From Acidimicrobiia bacterium (lineage in GTDB: Bacteria; Actinomycetota; Acidimicrobiia; Spongiisociales; SHLN01): a DNA stretch of 64,000 nucleotides. The DNA lies in the NCBI GenBank assembly GCA_041609995.1, contig JBFIPU010000001.1:8305-72304 (forward strand), in the 5' to 3' direction. Position 1 is the first letter of the stretch, and the number at the start of each line of letters is the position of its first letter. This document shows, one piece after another, positions 29,311 through 39,364 of this stretch. The position numbers and the translations under genes were made by a program. The notes below the pieces were generated by a model. The model was not told the origin of the DNA. It saw only the letters and a program-made list of their open reading frames with translations, and made no database searches.

Positions 29311-29456
29311 ACAACCGGGGAGCTCGGAACAACCGGGCTGAGAGGGTGAGAACGCCGTAGGCGACCTGCCGCGAGGATTCGACGGCACGAGGTTGCGATG
29401 GACGGCATCGATCACCGACCCGCTGAACCTGTCCGGGTAATGCCGGCGAAGGAAGG
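29311..29456 (+). ncRNA. TPP riboswitch
   Basis: GGGGAGCTC...GGCTGAGAG...ACCCGCTGAACCTGTCCGGGTAATGCCGGCGAAGGAA conserved core; -10 TACAAT at 29298-29303; directly upstream of thiB with its 3' end over the RBS. Confidence 0.95.
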
Positions 29457-29460
29457 CTGT

Positions 29461-30555
29461 ATGCACCGTCTGATGCCCCTCCGGGCGCTTCTCGTCGTGA
29501 TCGTGGCCCTGCTGGCGGGGGCCTGTGGAGGCGAGAGCGTCGATGCTCCTTCGACGACCCCCTCCGAAACGACCACCTCGACTTCGATGGACCTCGTTCT
29601 GCCGGAAGAGCCGATCACGCTCACCCTGCTCACCCACGACTCGTTCCTGGTCTCCGAAGGCATCCTGGACACGTTCACCCTGGAGACCGGAATCCGGGTG
29701 GAGCTCCTGCAGGGTGGCGATGCCGGGGCCGTCGTCAACCAGGCGATCCTGACCAAGGACAACCCCCTGGCCGACGTGCTGTTCGGCGTCGACAACAACC
29801 TGCTTGGCCGGGCTCTGAACGCCGGGATCTTCGACCCCTACACATCGTCGGTCGCCCCGCTACCGGCCGAGTTGCTGGCCGATGGCGTCACCCCCATCGA
29901 CTTCGGGGACGTATGCCTCAATTACCGGATCGAGAGCCTGGAAGCCCGCGGACTCGAACCGCCGGCCACCCTCGACGATCTGTTGTCACCCGAGTACGCC
30001 GGGACGCTCGTGGTCGAGAACCCTCTCACGTCCTCGCCCGGCCTGGCGTTCCTACTGGCGACCATCGACATCTACGGGGAACCCGGCTGGCAGGAATACT
30101 GGCGTCAGCTACTGGCCAACGACGTAGTCGTCACGGCCGGCTGGGAAGACGCCTACTACGGGCCCTTCGCCACCGGTGAGCGGCCCCTCGTCGTCTCATA
30201 CGCCTCCTCACCGCCGGTAGAGGTGATTTTCGCCGACCCACCGACGACCACCGCACCGACCGGGGTCGTCACCGCCGGGTGCTACCGGCAGGTCGAGTAC
30301 GCCGGTGTTCTGGCCGGGACCGAGCACCCGGCCGAGGCAAGGCGCCTGGTCGACTTCATGCTCACGCCGCTGTTCCAGGAAGACATCCCGCTCAATATGT
30401 TCGTGTTCCCTGCGAACCCGGCTGCTCAGCTCCCGGCCGAATTCCTGGAGTACACCCGGCTGCCCGAATCCCCCAGCCTGCTGGACCCGGCCCGGATCGA
30501 GGCGAACCGTGAACGCTGGCTGGCGGAGTGGGACAGCCTGTTCACCGCGTCCTGA
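29461..30555 (+). CDS. thiB: thiamine ABC transporter substrate-binding lipoprotein
   Basis: Lipobox LAGAC, LTHDSF, GDAG, DVLFGVDN, TSSPG, VVSYASSP, CYRQVE motifs; follows the TPP riboswitch. Confidence 0.93.
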   Translation: MHRLMPLRALLVVIVALLAGACGGESVDAPSTTPSETTTSTSMDLVLPEEPITLTLLTHDSFLVSEGILDTFTLETGIRVELLQGGDAGAVVNQAILTKDNPLADVLFGVDNNLLGRALNAGIFDPYTSSVAPLPAELLADGVTPIDFGDVCLNYRIESLEARGLEPPATLDDLLSPEYAGTLVVENPLTSSPGLAFLLATIDIYGEPGWQEYWRQLLANDVVVTAGWEDAYYGPFATGERPLVVSYASSPPVEVIFADPPTTTAPTGVVTAGCYRQVEYAGVLAGTEHPAEARRLVDFMLTPLFQEDIPLNMFVFPANPAAQLPAEFLEYTRLPESPSLLDPARIEANRERWLAEWDSLFTAS

Positions 30556-30558
30556 GTG

Positions 30559-32142
30559 ATGAGCTCGACGCGCAGATCGTGGGCCCTGGGGCTCGTGCCG
30601 GCCGCTTTCCTCCTGGTCTTCTTCGCCTATCCCATCGCCGGTATCGTCTGGACCGGCCTCACTTTCGACGGCGGGGTCGACTTGAGTGCGTTCGGCGAGT
30701 TGCTCACCCGGGGGAGCATCCGGCGGGCCGCCTGGTTCACGCTGTGGCAGGCGGTGGTCTCGACGATGGCCACGCTGGTGATCGGCCTGCCGACCGCCTA
30801 CCTGTTCGCCACGTACGAGTTCAGAGGACGGCGCACCATGCTCAGCCTGATGACGGTTCCGTTCATCCTCCCGACCGTGGTGGTCGCAAGCGCGTTTGTG
30901 GCGCTAACCGATATCTGGCTTCCGATCGACGAACCCATCGCGGTCGTCATCGCCGCTCACGTCTTCTTCAACCTGGCCGTGGTCGTGCGCACGGTCACGG
31001 CCGCCTGGGCCAATCTGGATCCAACGCTGGAACAGGCGGCGGCCGCGCTGGGGGCAACACCCGGGCGCGTGTTCCGGCGCGTGACCCTCCCCCGGTTGCG
31101 GGGCCCGATCGCAGCCGCCTCGGCGGTCGTGTTCCTCTTCACCTTCACGTCATTCGGGGTCGTCCTGATCCTGGGAGAGGGGCGCCTGCGCACGCTCGAG
31201 GTCGAGACGTACCTGCAGACGGTGCAATTGCTGAACTTGCCGCTGGCGGCCGCCCTCGCCATCGTCCAGCTGCTGTTCATCACCACCGCGTTGATGCTGT
31301 ACAGCCGCTACCGCGCCGTTCCCGGGCCGGTGCGTCCGCCCCGGCGGAAAGCGATCAGCGGTCCGACCCGCTGGTGGCTGGCCGCAGACCTAGGGGTGCT
31401 GGCCCTTCTCCTGGGTGCCCCGCTCCTGGCCCTGGTCGAGCGATCCCTCCGGGTGGGCGAGACCTACGGCCTCGACCACTTCCGGTCCGTAGTGACGCCG
31501 GGTGCCATCGGGTCGGCCCCGGAGGCGATCGCCAATTCGCTCGTTTTTGCTGTGGTTGCTTTGAGCATTGCGGTCATCGTCGGGGCTCTGGCCGCAGCGG
31601 TCGTGGCGTACGGCCGGGGCCGGGGTTCCCGGTTGTTCGACACACTGCTGATGCTTCCGTTGGGAACCAGCGCCGTCACGATCGGCTTCGGGTTCTTGGT
31701 GACGCTGGACGACCCCATCGACATGCGCACCTGGTGGGTGCTGGTGCCGCTGTCCCACAGCCTGGTCGCCCTGCCCCTCGTGGTGCGCACCGTGGCGCCG
31801 GTCATGGCGGGCGTTCCCCAGCAGCTGCGGGAGGCGGCTGCCACGCTCGGCGCCTCCCCCTCTCGAGTCTGGGCTCGCATCGACGTCCCCCTCGTATGGC
31901 GGTCGTGGCTGGTGGCAGCCGGCTTCGCATTTGCGGTGTCAATGGGTGAATTCGGCGCCACCAGCTTCATCGCCAGGCCCGCCACGACCACGATGCCAAC
32001 ACTCATCTTCCGCTTCCTCGCCCGGCCCGGCTCGGCCAACTTCGGTGCGGCCATGGCCATGAGCGTCTTGCTGATGATGGTGACAGGATTGGCCATCATC
32101 GCCATCGACCGCTTCCGTCCCGCCCACGTGGGTGAATTCTGA
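30559..32142 (+). CDS. thiP: thiamine ABC transporter permease
   Basis: Two EAA-type loops (EQAAAALGA, EAAATLGA), FTSFG, GEFGAT. Confidence 0.9.
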   Translation: MSSTRRSWALGLVPAAFLLVFFAYPIAGIVWTGLTFDGGVDLSAFGELLTRGSIRRAAWFTLWQAVVSTMATLVIGLPTAYLFATYEFRGRRTMLSLMTVPFILPTVVVASAFVALTDIWLPIDEPIAVVIAAHVFFNLAVVVRTVTAAWANLDPTLEQAAAALGATPGRVFRRVTLPRLRGPIAAASAVVFLFTFTSFGVVLILGEGRLRTLEVETYLQTVQLLNLPLAAALAIVQLLFITTALMLYSRYRAVPGPVRPPRRKAISGPTRWWLAADLGVLALLLGAPLLALVERSLRVGETYGLDHFRSVVTPGAIGSAPEAIANSLVFAVVALSIAVIVGALAAAVVAYGRGRGSRLFDTLLMLPLGTSAVTIGFGFLVTLDDPIDMRTWWVLVPLSHSLVALPLVVRTVAPVMAGVPQQLREAAATLGASPSRVWARIDVPLVWRSWLVAAGFAFAVSMGEFGATSFIARPATTTMPTLIFRFLARPGSANFGAAMAMSVLLMMVTGLAIIAIDRFRPAHVGEF

Positions 32143-33152
32143 TGCTGGAGCTCGAGCAGATCACGAAGCGCTACGGCTCCACGCTGGCAGTCAACCGCGT
32201 CTCGCTGGTGGTGCCGCCCGACTCGACCACCGTCGTGCTGGGCCCCAGCGGCTGTGGCAAATCGACGTTGCTCCGGATCGTGGCAGGCATCGAACAGCCC
32301 GACGCCGGCACCGTACGGTGGAACGGGCAGCCCGTGACAGCGCCCACCCACGTGCGGGGCTTCGGGCTGATGTTCCAGTCGCATGCGCTCTTCCCCCACA
32401 TGGACGTGGCTTCCAACATCGCCTTCGGCCTGGAACCCCTGGCCCCAGGAGAACGTCGAGCCCGCGTGCGCGAAGTGCTCGACATGGTGCAGTTGAGCGG
32501 GTTTGGCCACCGCATGCCGGATGAGCTGTCAGGGGGCGAGGCACAGCGGGTGGCGCTGGCTCGCACGCTTGCCCCCTCACCCCGGCTGCTGATGCTGGAC
32601 GAGCCGTTGGGCTCCCTCGACCAGGACCTCCGGCAGCAGCTGACCTTGGAACTAAAGGGTTTGTTTCGAGCGCTGGATGCCGATGTTCTCTATGTGACAC
32701 ACGACCAAACAGAGGCTCTTGCGCTCGCCGACCACGTCGCCATCATGGAAAACGGCCAGATTCTGCAAACCGGCACGCCGGAGGAGGTGTGGCGTCAACC
32801 GGCATCCGCGTTCATCGCCCGCTTCCTGGGATATACGAACCAAATCGAAGCACAGGTCGACGACGGAGTCGCCCACACCCCGTTCGGGCGCATGGAGATC
32901 GGGGGCCAGGGAACGGCATGCCTGGTGTTCCCGCCGGCCTCTCTCCGATTCGACGAGGCAGGTGCGCTGGCCGGAACTGTCGTGGCCGCCACGTTCAACG
33001 GCAGCGGCCACGACGTGCGGGTCCGGTCCGGCGACTCCGAGATCGTCATTCCCTCCGAAATCGCGCTCGAGCCGGGCCGGCCGGTCTCCTTCGCAGTCGA
33101 TCCGGCGCGGACGCTCTCGTACGTGATTGAGGTAACTGATGGAAGACAGTAG
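32142..33152 (+). CDS. thiQ: thiamine ABC transporter ATP-binding protein
   Basis: Walker A GPSGCGKS, LSGGEAQR signature, LMLDEP, VTHDQ. Confidence 0.88.
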   Translation: MLELEQITKRYGSTLAVNRVSLVVPPDSTTVVLGPSGCGKSTLLRIVAGIEQPDAGTVRWNGQPVTAPTHVRGFGLMFQSHALFPHMDVASNIAFGLEPLAPGERRARVREVLDMVQLSGFGHRMPDELSGGEAQRVALARTLAPSPRLLMLDEPLGSLDQDLRQQLTLELKGLFRALDADVLYVTHDQTEALALADHVAIMENGQILQTGTPEEVWRQPASAFIARFLGYTNQIEAQVDDGVAHTPFGRMEIGGQGTACLVFPPASLRFDEAGALAGTVVAATFNGSGHDVRVRSGDSEIVIPSEIALEPGRPVSFAVDPARTLSYVIEVTDGRQ

Positions 33153-33819
33153 GTTGGGCCCGGTGGATCGGATAACCCTGGGAAAGATGCAAAACCCCGT
33201 GCGGGGGTTCCTGCACGGAGCCGCCGCCCTCGCCTCGGTGGTGGGCTTGATCGTGCTCGCCGTCAAGACCTCTTCCGACGGCGTGCGGATGATCACGATG
33301 GTGGTGTTCGGCATCAGCCTGGTGGGGCTCTACACGACCAGCTCGCTCTACCACTCGATCCCGTGGCGAGACAAGTGGGAGTCGCGCCTGCAACGGCTAG
33401 ACCATTCGATGATCCTGGTGCTCGTCGCCGGGTCATGGACCCCCATTGCCGTCAACGTTCTGGACGGCAACCTGCGGATCGTCACCATGGGCGTGGTGTG
33501 GGGGCTGGCGGCCATCGGCGTCGTCCAAAAGATCTTCTTCCCACAGGTCGGAACCTGGTTTTCGGTCACCCTCGCAACGGTCATGGGCTGGTTCGCCGTG
33601 GTCCCGCTGCCAGAGATCGTGCAGCGCCTTTCACGCGGCGCCATCGTGCTGCTGCTCGTGGGCGGATTGCTGTACACCATCGGCATGGTCATCTACGCCA
33701 CTCGCTGGCCCAAGCTGTTTCCGAGGGTGTTCTCCTCCCACGAGGTGTTTCACGTCATGGTGGTGGCGGGCAGCGTCACCCATTTCGCCATGATCCACAA
33801 TTACGTGGTGCCTTACTGA
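33139..33819 (+). CDS. hemolysin III / PAQR family membrane protein
   Basis: RGFLH, SSLYH, RLDHSMI, HEVFHVMV motifs. Confidence 0.9.
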   Translation: MEDSRLGPVDRITLGKMQNPVRGFLHGAAALASVVGLIVLAVKTSSDGVRMITMVVFGISLVGLYTTSSLYHSIPWRDKWESRLQRLDHSMILVLVAGSWTPIAVNVLDGNLRIVTMGVVWGLAAIGVVQKIFFPQVGTWFSVTLATVMGWFAVVPLPEIVQRLSRGAIVLLLVGGLLYTIGMVIYATRWPKLFPRVFSSHEVFHVMVVAGSVTHFAMIHNYVVPY

Positions 33820-33824
33820 GGCCT

Positions 33825-33977
33825 GGATGTCGGGCGTTCGGTCCGGACAACCCAACTGGACAACCAACTGAAGGTGACGGTGGTTGGTGTTCAATCCGCC
33901 GGACGCGCAGGTTGGGGGTTGGAGGAAGAGGACACAAATCCGCCCCCGGCGCCGAGCACCAGGGGCGATTCGTGTTC
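33825..33977. repeat. intergenic hairpin cluster between convergent genes (possible bidirectional terminator or REP-like elements)
   Basis: GGATGTCGGGCG-TTCG-GTCCGGACAACC hairpin; tandem GGACAACCCAACT/GGACAACCAACT; long imperfect hairpin ACACAAATCCGCCCCCGGCGC-CGA-GCACCAGGGGCGATTCGTGT. Confidence 0.45.
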
Positions 33978-33986
33978 ATGGACTGA

Positions 33987-34706
33987 TCAGGCCAGTCCGA
34001 GCTCCGCCTTCAGCTCGGCGAGCTTGTCGTCGGCCTTGGCCAGCGAGACGGCTTCCCGCAACTCGGCCTCGGCACCGGCCGGAGTGGCCTCGCGAAGCTC
34101 GGCATGCGCCATTGCGCTCGCCTTGCGGGATGCGATCTTTTCTTCGACCCGCTCGAGGCTGGGCACCTCGTCTTCGAGTGTCGCCGACATGGACTCGACG
34201 GCCTTGTTGACCGACTCCTGCATTTTCGCCTGCTCGAGCGTACCGAGAAGCTCCAGCCGCCTGGCCGCCAGTTCCTGAACCCGCAACGCGTTCTGTGAGA
34301 CAGCCGACTTGGCCTTCTCGGCCTGCTCCATCGATGTCTGGTATTGGGCCTTGAGGGCATCGAGATTTGACTCCGACGCCTGCAGTTTCATCGCCAGAGA
34401 CTGGGCTGTCCGCGTCCACTTCTCGACGCCTTCGGCGTCACCTGCCTGGGATGCTTCTTCGGCTTTCAGCAGGGCTTTCTTGGCCATTTCGCGAGCTTCG
34501 CCGACATCCTCGGCTGCCTTCTCGATCTTGCTCTCGAGCTGTACCCGGTGGGCCACGACCTTGGCAGCTTGATTCCGAAGCTCCTGGTCACGCTTGCGCG
34601 CCTCGCTGATGGCTTGTTCGATCTCGATCTCGGGATCCATCGCCCGCTCTGCCGTCGTCTTGAACAGCTGCGTGATGTATCCCCAGAGGCGCTTCAGAAA
34701 ACCCAT
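33987..34706 (-). CDS. pspA: PspA/IM30 family protein
   Basis: MGFLKRLW...DPEIEIEQAI, long coiled coil, PSLERVEEKI, LAELKAELG. Confidence 0.9.
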   Translation of the reverse strand: MGFLKRLWGYITQLFKTTAERAMDPEIEIEQAISEARKRDQELRNQAAKVVAHRVQLESKIEKAAEDVGEAREMAKKALLKAEEASQAGDAEGVEKWTRTAQSLAMKLQASESNLDALKAQYQTSMEQAEKAKSAVSQNALRVQELAARRLELLGTLEQAKMQESVNKAVESMSATLEDEVPSLERVEEKIASRKASAMAHAELREATPAGAEAELREAVSLAKADDKLAELKAELGLA

Positions 34707-34778
34707 AGGTTCCTTCCCTTATCCAGGCGTTTGTAATGAAGGTCCCATCATAGAGATCAGGACGCATCGGTACCGATG

Positions 34779-36167
34779 CTAACGGCGGCCACGAGCCCGA
34801 CTGCGACCGGCACTGCTGCGGCCGCCGCTCCTTCGGCCGGCGGAGCTGAATGACCGGGATCGAGAGGTTCGCGCCCGGGGCGCCCGGGAGCGGGCGGCAC
34901 GCGAATATCCCGATGACGATCGCGTGCGCGGGCTGCGGGTCGCGGTCGGCCGGGACGTACGGGGCGTCACCGTGTTCCACGGGCTGGTGCGGCCGCCGCT
35001 GGAGCGCCGGTGCCGGGACGAGCGAGGTCGCCCGCCGAGGAAGTCGCCGAAGCCCCCCGAACGGGCCAGCCCCCCGACCAGGATGGTGAACACGTCCAGA
35101 CCGCCGAATCCGCCCCCTCCGTACGAACGGGGCGCCATCGGGGCCGGGGTGGGTCGGCCTCCCACATTGATCATGCGCGGGCGGGGCTCTTCGCCCTTGC
35201 GCAGCCGTTCGGCGTCCTCGTCGCAGACCATGACCTCCCGGTCCCCGGCCTTGGTCCGGAGGGTGGCTTTCTGGGTGGCCGGAGGGTGGGTCGGGTCGAA
35301 GAAGCACGTGGCCCGTTCCCGCTGGGGCTTGGGCGGAACCGGCTCTCCGTCGCGCAACGCCTGGCAGGCGGCCAGCTGCCAGCGTGCCTCGTCCAGCCGA
35401 TCGGTGATGTTCTCCAGCTCGTCGAGTGACCCGGCTTTCTCCAACTCGTCGGTTGCCTCGGCGTAGGTTTTTGACGCCTGCTCGAAATAGTCCCTTGCCT
35501 CTTCGTTGTCGGAGAGGCTCACGGCTTCGTTGTCTTCCAAAATCTCGTTGGCGATAGCGTCGAGCTGAGCCTGGATCTCCTCGCGTGCCTCATCGAGGTC
35601 TTGCCGGCGGGACCGTTCCTCCCGTTTGGACGAGCTTCTGATCAGCAGATACGTACCGCCCACCCCGAGCGCGATCACCCCCAGAAACCCCCACGGGATG
35701 CCGCCGTTCGACGAAACGCCCGGATCCGGGGTCGGCAACGCCTCGAACACCTCGGGTGCGAGGAAGCGGGCGAACGATTCGACGACCTCGGCGTCGGTGG
35801 CCTCGGGGGGCACCACGTCCAGAGCGGTATCTAGCTCATCGGGGCTGAACTCGGTCGAGGTGGCTCCGATCGAGTCCGGCCCCATCGCGATTGCCGTGCC
35901 CCCGCCAAAGAAGCTGACGACCTCATCGGTGACCCGCTGGGTGTCCTGGGTCTCGGAGGCGATCGAGATCGCATAGAACTGGTACCCGGCGTCGCGCATT
36001 GCCTTCACCGTGCGCCCGATCGAGGCGGCGTCCGGTGTGATCCCGGGCTCGATGTAATACCCCTGGTCTCGCAGGTCGATCTCTGCCTGTGACTGGGCCG
36101 CGGCGGGCACGGAACCAGCGGCGACCAGTAGCGTCAACACCAGGAGCGGGAGGAGCCGGTTTCTCAC
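34779..36167 (-). CDS. membrane protein (signal peptide, extracellular domain, TM, coiled coil, CFFDPxH motif, Arg/Ser-rich tail)
   Basis: Signal MRNRLLPLLVLTLLVAAGSVPAAA; TM WGFLGVIALGVGGTYLLI; leaderless TATCCT-7nt-GTG. Confidence 0.75.
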   Translation of the reverse strand: MRNRLLPLLVLTLLVAAGSVPAAAQSQAEIDLRDQGYYIEPGITPDAASIGRTVKAMRDAGYQFYAISIASETQDTQRVTDEVVSFFGGGTAIAMGPDSIGATSTEFSPDELDTALDVVPPEATDAEVVESFARFLAPEVFEALPTPDPGVSSNGGIPWGFLGVIALGVGGTYLLIRSSSKREERSRRQDLDEAREEIQAQLDAIANEILEDNEAVSLSDNEEARDYFEQASKTYAEATDELEKAGSLDELENITDRLDEARWQLAACQALRDGEPVPPKPQRERATCFFDPTHPPATQKATLRTKAGDREVMVCDEDAERLRKGEEPRPRMINVGGRPTPAPMAPRSYGGGGFGGLDVFTILVGGLARSGGFGDFLGGRPRSSRHRRSSGGRTSPWNTVTPRTSRPTATRSPRTRSSSGYSRAARSRAPRARTSRSRSFSSAGRRSGGRSSAGRSRARGRR

Positions 36168-36212
36168 GGCGCACAGGATAGAACCTTCTGCCCTCGCTCT
36201 ACACTCCGGCGG

Positions 36213-37013
36213 ATGCCGACTGCTGCAATCATCGGCGCCGGCTCGATGGGAACGATCATCGCCGACGGGCTCCAGCGAGCGGGGTGGACGAGCGACAGCG
36301 TGACCCTCTGCGCCCGCCGCCCGGAACGAGCCGAGGAACTGGCCCGGGCCGGATACCGGGCAACCACCAATGCCTCCGACGCCGCGGCCGGCGCCGACCT
36401 CATCGTCCTGGCGACCAAACCCAAGGACATCCCGGCAGTGCTGGAATCAATCCAGGCAACGGTGCGTGCGGGCCAAACCGTCCTCTCGGTGGCGGCAGGC
36501 GTCACCATCGCGACGATCGAAGCAGCCCTGCCGGGCGCAGCGGTGGTACGGGCGATGCCGAACACGCCGGCCGCCCTCGGCCGGGGCGCCACCGGTTTCG
36601 CCATGGGGCGGCATACGACCGACTCGGACGAGGAGCTCGTGCGATCGGTGCTGGGTGCCATCGGTATCTGTGTCGAGGTTCCCGAGGGTGATCTCGACGC
36701 GGTCACCGCTCTGTCTGGCTCGGGTCCCGCCTACGTCTTCCGGCTGGCCGAGGCCATGCAGGAGGCAGGGGTGGCGCTGGGCCTCGATCCGGAGGTGGCC
36801 ACCACGCTTGCCAGCCACACCGTGGCCGGTGCCGGCGACATGTTGGTTTGGCGACCGGAGGGAGCTGCCGAGCTGCGGAAGCAGGTGACGTCGCCCGGCG
36901 GTACCACCGCCGCCGCCCTGGACGTTCTGGAGTCCGGTGGACTGGTCGATTTGATTCGGGAGGCCATGACCGCCGCCCGCCACCGGGCGACCGAACTGGG
37001 GTCGAACGGCTAG
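36213..37013 (+). CDS. proC: pyrroline-5-carboxylate reductase
   Basis: IIGAGSMG, VRAMPNTP, TALSGSGPAY, VTSPGGTT motifs. Confidence 0.96.
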   Translation: MPTAAIIGAGSMGTIIADGLQRAGWTSDSVTLCARRPERAEELARAGYRATTNASDAAAGADLIVLATKPKDIPAVLESIQATVRAGQTVLSVAAGVTIATIEAALPGAAVVRAMPNTPAALGRGATGFAMGRHTTDSDEELVRSVLGAIGICVEVPEGDLDAVTALSGSGPAYVFRLAEAMQEAGVALGLDPEVATTLASHTVAGAGDMLVWRPEGAAELRKQVTSPGGTTAAALDVLESGGLVDLIREAMTAARHRATELGSNG

Positions 37014-37888
37014 CGGCGGCGAGGAGTCGAGCCGAAAAACGAGGCCACGATGTCTCCCAGCCGGGAAGCGGGTGGCTCCTGATCCTTGTTGCTCATACGA
37101 AACAAGGCGGTCCGCAGGCGCCGCTTCATGCGGCGCCCCCACGATCGCACGGCGGCGCCCACCCCTGCCAATACGCCGGCTCCCAGCAGACCTCCGGAGA
37201 GGAGGATCAAGCCGGTACCGACGATGCCCAATCCACCGAGGGCCCCGAAAAAGGCGCCGAGCCATACCGAGACGGTCAAGAGCGCACTCAATCCGATGCC
37301 GACTCGACCAAGAATCTGGGGCACCGTCTCCGACGCCTCGAGCGCAATCACATGCTGATCAGGGCCGATCTGCTCGATCCGGTGGCGCACCGGACCGGGC
37401 GGAGCCCGCAAGCGGCCGCTGCCACTGTTGAGGGCGGTGCGCAACTTCGTGAGCCAGTGGGGGTCGACCTCCCACTCGCCCCCTGACTCGGTTCGGTCGA
37501 CCAGCCGCATGCCCTCCCGGTTCATCATCCAGTCAGCCAGCAGCGCCTCGACCTCGCCCAGGTTCATCCCCTCCACCACGCTGCTCTCCACGAGGCGCTC
37601 GGGCAAGAAGTAGCGGTCGAGCCGTTTCCGCTGATCTTTGGGCGGGGCGCTCTTGACCTCGGTGATGGCCCGGCGGATGAACTCCGAGTTGATGCCGAGC
37701 TCACCTGCAATTCGCTCTACCTGCGCTGGGGTGAATGTGGTGCCGCGGGTTGGCGACGGGTCTTCCTGCTCCAGCTCGATTGCCCGTCGAATGACGCTCT
37801 CGACGGCAGCCGCGTCGAGGCGGTCGGCCAGTCGATCGTCGGCGCGCTGATCGGACGACGGCCGATCCGAGCGGAACTCCTGGGTCAT
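37010..37888 (-). CDS. hypothetical membrane protein
   Basis: VESVIRRAIEL...IAGELGI N-terminal pattern plus two C-terminal TM helices. Leaderless TACAAT-7nt-ATG at 37888. Confidence 0.7.
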   Translation of the reverse strand: MTQEFRSDRPSSDQRADDRLADRLDAAAVESVIRRAIELEQEDPSPTRGTTFTPAQVERIAGELGINSEFIRRAITEVKSAPPKDQRKRLDRYFLPERLVESSVVEGMNLGEVEALLADWMMNREGMRLVDRTESGGEWEVDPHWLTKLRTALNSGSGRLRAPPGPVRHRIEQIGPDQHVIALEASETVPQILGRVGIGLSALLTVSVWLGAFFGALGGLGIVGTGLILLSGGLLGAGVLAGVGAAVRSWGRRMKRRLRTALFRMSNKDQEPPASRLGDIVASFFGSTPRRR

Positions 37889-38049
37889 GAGCATGATTGT
37901 ATGGACTCGGCCGATTTCCCGCCCATTCGGGCCGGCCCGACACAACCCGGGATATGACGAGACTCGTACAACCGGTATCCGTGTCCTCCGATTGTTCGGG
38001 CCTCGACTTGGCGCCCGGCTGGGGCCGGTTCGCTCCATAGGCTTCGCCG

Positions 38050-39015
38050 GTGGTCGACGAAGCCAAAACGCAGAAGCCGAGAACCGTGGTGCTGATCGGC
38101 GGCTCGGGTTTTCTGGGCCGGGGTCTGCGCGAGCGTCTCGTCGCACGGGGAGACCGTGTAAGCACCATCGGCCGCGGCCCCGACGCCGTTCACGAGGACT
38201 GGCGCCATGTCCACTGGGACGCAGCGTCTTTGGGTGGCTGGACTGCGGCCCTCGAAGGCGCCGACGTCATTGTTCACCTGGCCGGAAAAAGGGTGGATTG
38301 CCGTCCGACCCGCTCCAACATCGACGAGCTGATCCGCTCCCGAGAATCGACGGTACGACTCGTCGGAGATGCCGTGGGCGGCCTCATTGATCCCCCCACG
38401 GCTTGGGTGCAGCTGTCATCGCTGGCCATCTTTGGAGATGGGGGCGACGAGATCATCGACGAGAACACAACGCCACCCACCCATGGTCCCCGCCAAATGG
38501 TCGAGGTTTGTCGCCGCTGGGAGGCCGCCTACCACCGAGCGGTCGACGGCCTCGAGCGAACCGTGCTCCTGCGCCCCGCCATCGGCATCGGCGGTGCCGG
38601 TGACCCGGCGACCGCTCGGCTGGTCCAGCTGGCGAAGATGGGCTTGGCCGGGCCGGTTGCCGGCGGCCGGCAATGGGTCTCGTGGATCGGGGCCGTCGAC
38701 TTCTTCGACCTGCTCCTGCGGGCAGTCGACGACGACAGCATGTCGGGCCTGTACCACCTGGCATCACCCAACCCCGTCACCAATGCCGAGATGATGGCCG
38801 GATACCGGCGGGCGGTCGGTCGCCGCTTCGGATTACCCAGCCCTCGATGGCTCACCACGCTGGGAGCCTGGACGCTCGGATCCGATCCCCAGCTCGCCCT
38901 GACAGGACGCCGATGCATCCCGCGCCGCCTCCTCGGAGAGGGCTACCGCTTCCGGCAGCCAGATTTCGACGAAGCCGTGGAGGCGGCCGTCGCCCGGCTG
39001 GAGCGTACGGGATAA
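38050..39015 (+). CDS. TIGR01777-like epimerase family protein (DUF1731)
   Basis: IGGSGFLG, VHLAG, VCRRWE, GRQWVSWI, SPNPVTN, PRRLLGEGYRF motifs. Confidence 0.88.
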   Translation: MVDEAKTQKPRTVVLIGGSGFLGRGLRERLVARGDRVSTIGRGPDAVHEDWRHVHWDAASLGGWTAALEGADVIVHLAGKRVDCRPTRSNIDELIRSRESTVRLVGDAVGGLIDPPTAWVQLSSLAIFGDGGDEIIDENTTPPTHGPRQMVEVCRRWEAAYHRAVDGLERTVLLRPAIGIGGAGDPATARLVQLAKMGLAGPVAGGRQWVSWIGAVDFFDLLLRAVDDDSMSGLYHLASPNPVTNAEMMAGYRRAVGRRFGLPSPRWLTTLGAWTLGSDPQLALTGRRCIPRRLLGEGYRFRQPDFDEAVEAAVARLERTG

Positions 39016-39016
39016 C

Positions 39017-39355
39017 TCAGATGGCTTCTGGTCCGCGCTCGCCGGTGCGGATGCGAACGGCCTCGTCCACCGACATCACAGCGATCTTGCCGTCGCCGAT
39101 GTCCCCGGTACGGGCGGCCTGTTCGATCGCCAGCACGATGTCGCTGACCGTACCCTCCTCGGCCAGGATCTCGAGCTTGACCTTGGGAACGAAATCGACC
39201 TGATACTCGGCCCCCCGATAGACCTCGGTCTGGCCACTCTGGCGCCCGAAGCCCGATACGTCGGCGACCGTCATGCCGGTCACGCCGACGCCTTTCAATG
39301 CGTCTTTGACCTCGTCCAGTTTGAAGGGCTTGATGTAGGCAACAATCAGTTTCAT
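39017..39355 (-). CDS. glnK: P-II family nitrogen regulator
   Basis: [15 protein letters not shown]...YRGAEY T-loop, TGDIGDGKI; downstream of amt. Confidence 0.95.
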   Translation of the reverse strand: MKLIVAYIKPFKLDEVKDALKGVGVTGMTVADVSGFGRQSGQTEVYRGAEYQVDFVPKVKLEILAEEGTVSDIVLAIEQAARTGDIGDGKIAVMSVDEAVRIRTGERGPEAI

Positions 39356-39364
39356 TCGGACCTC

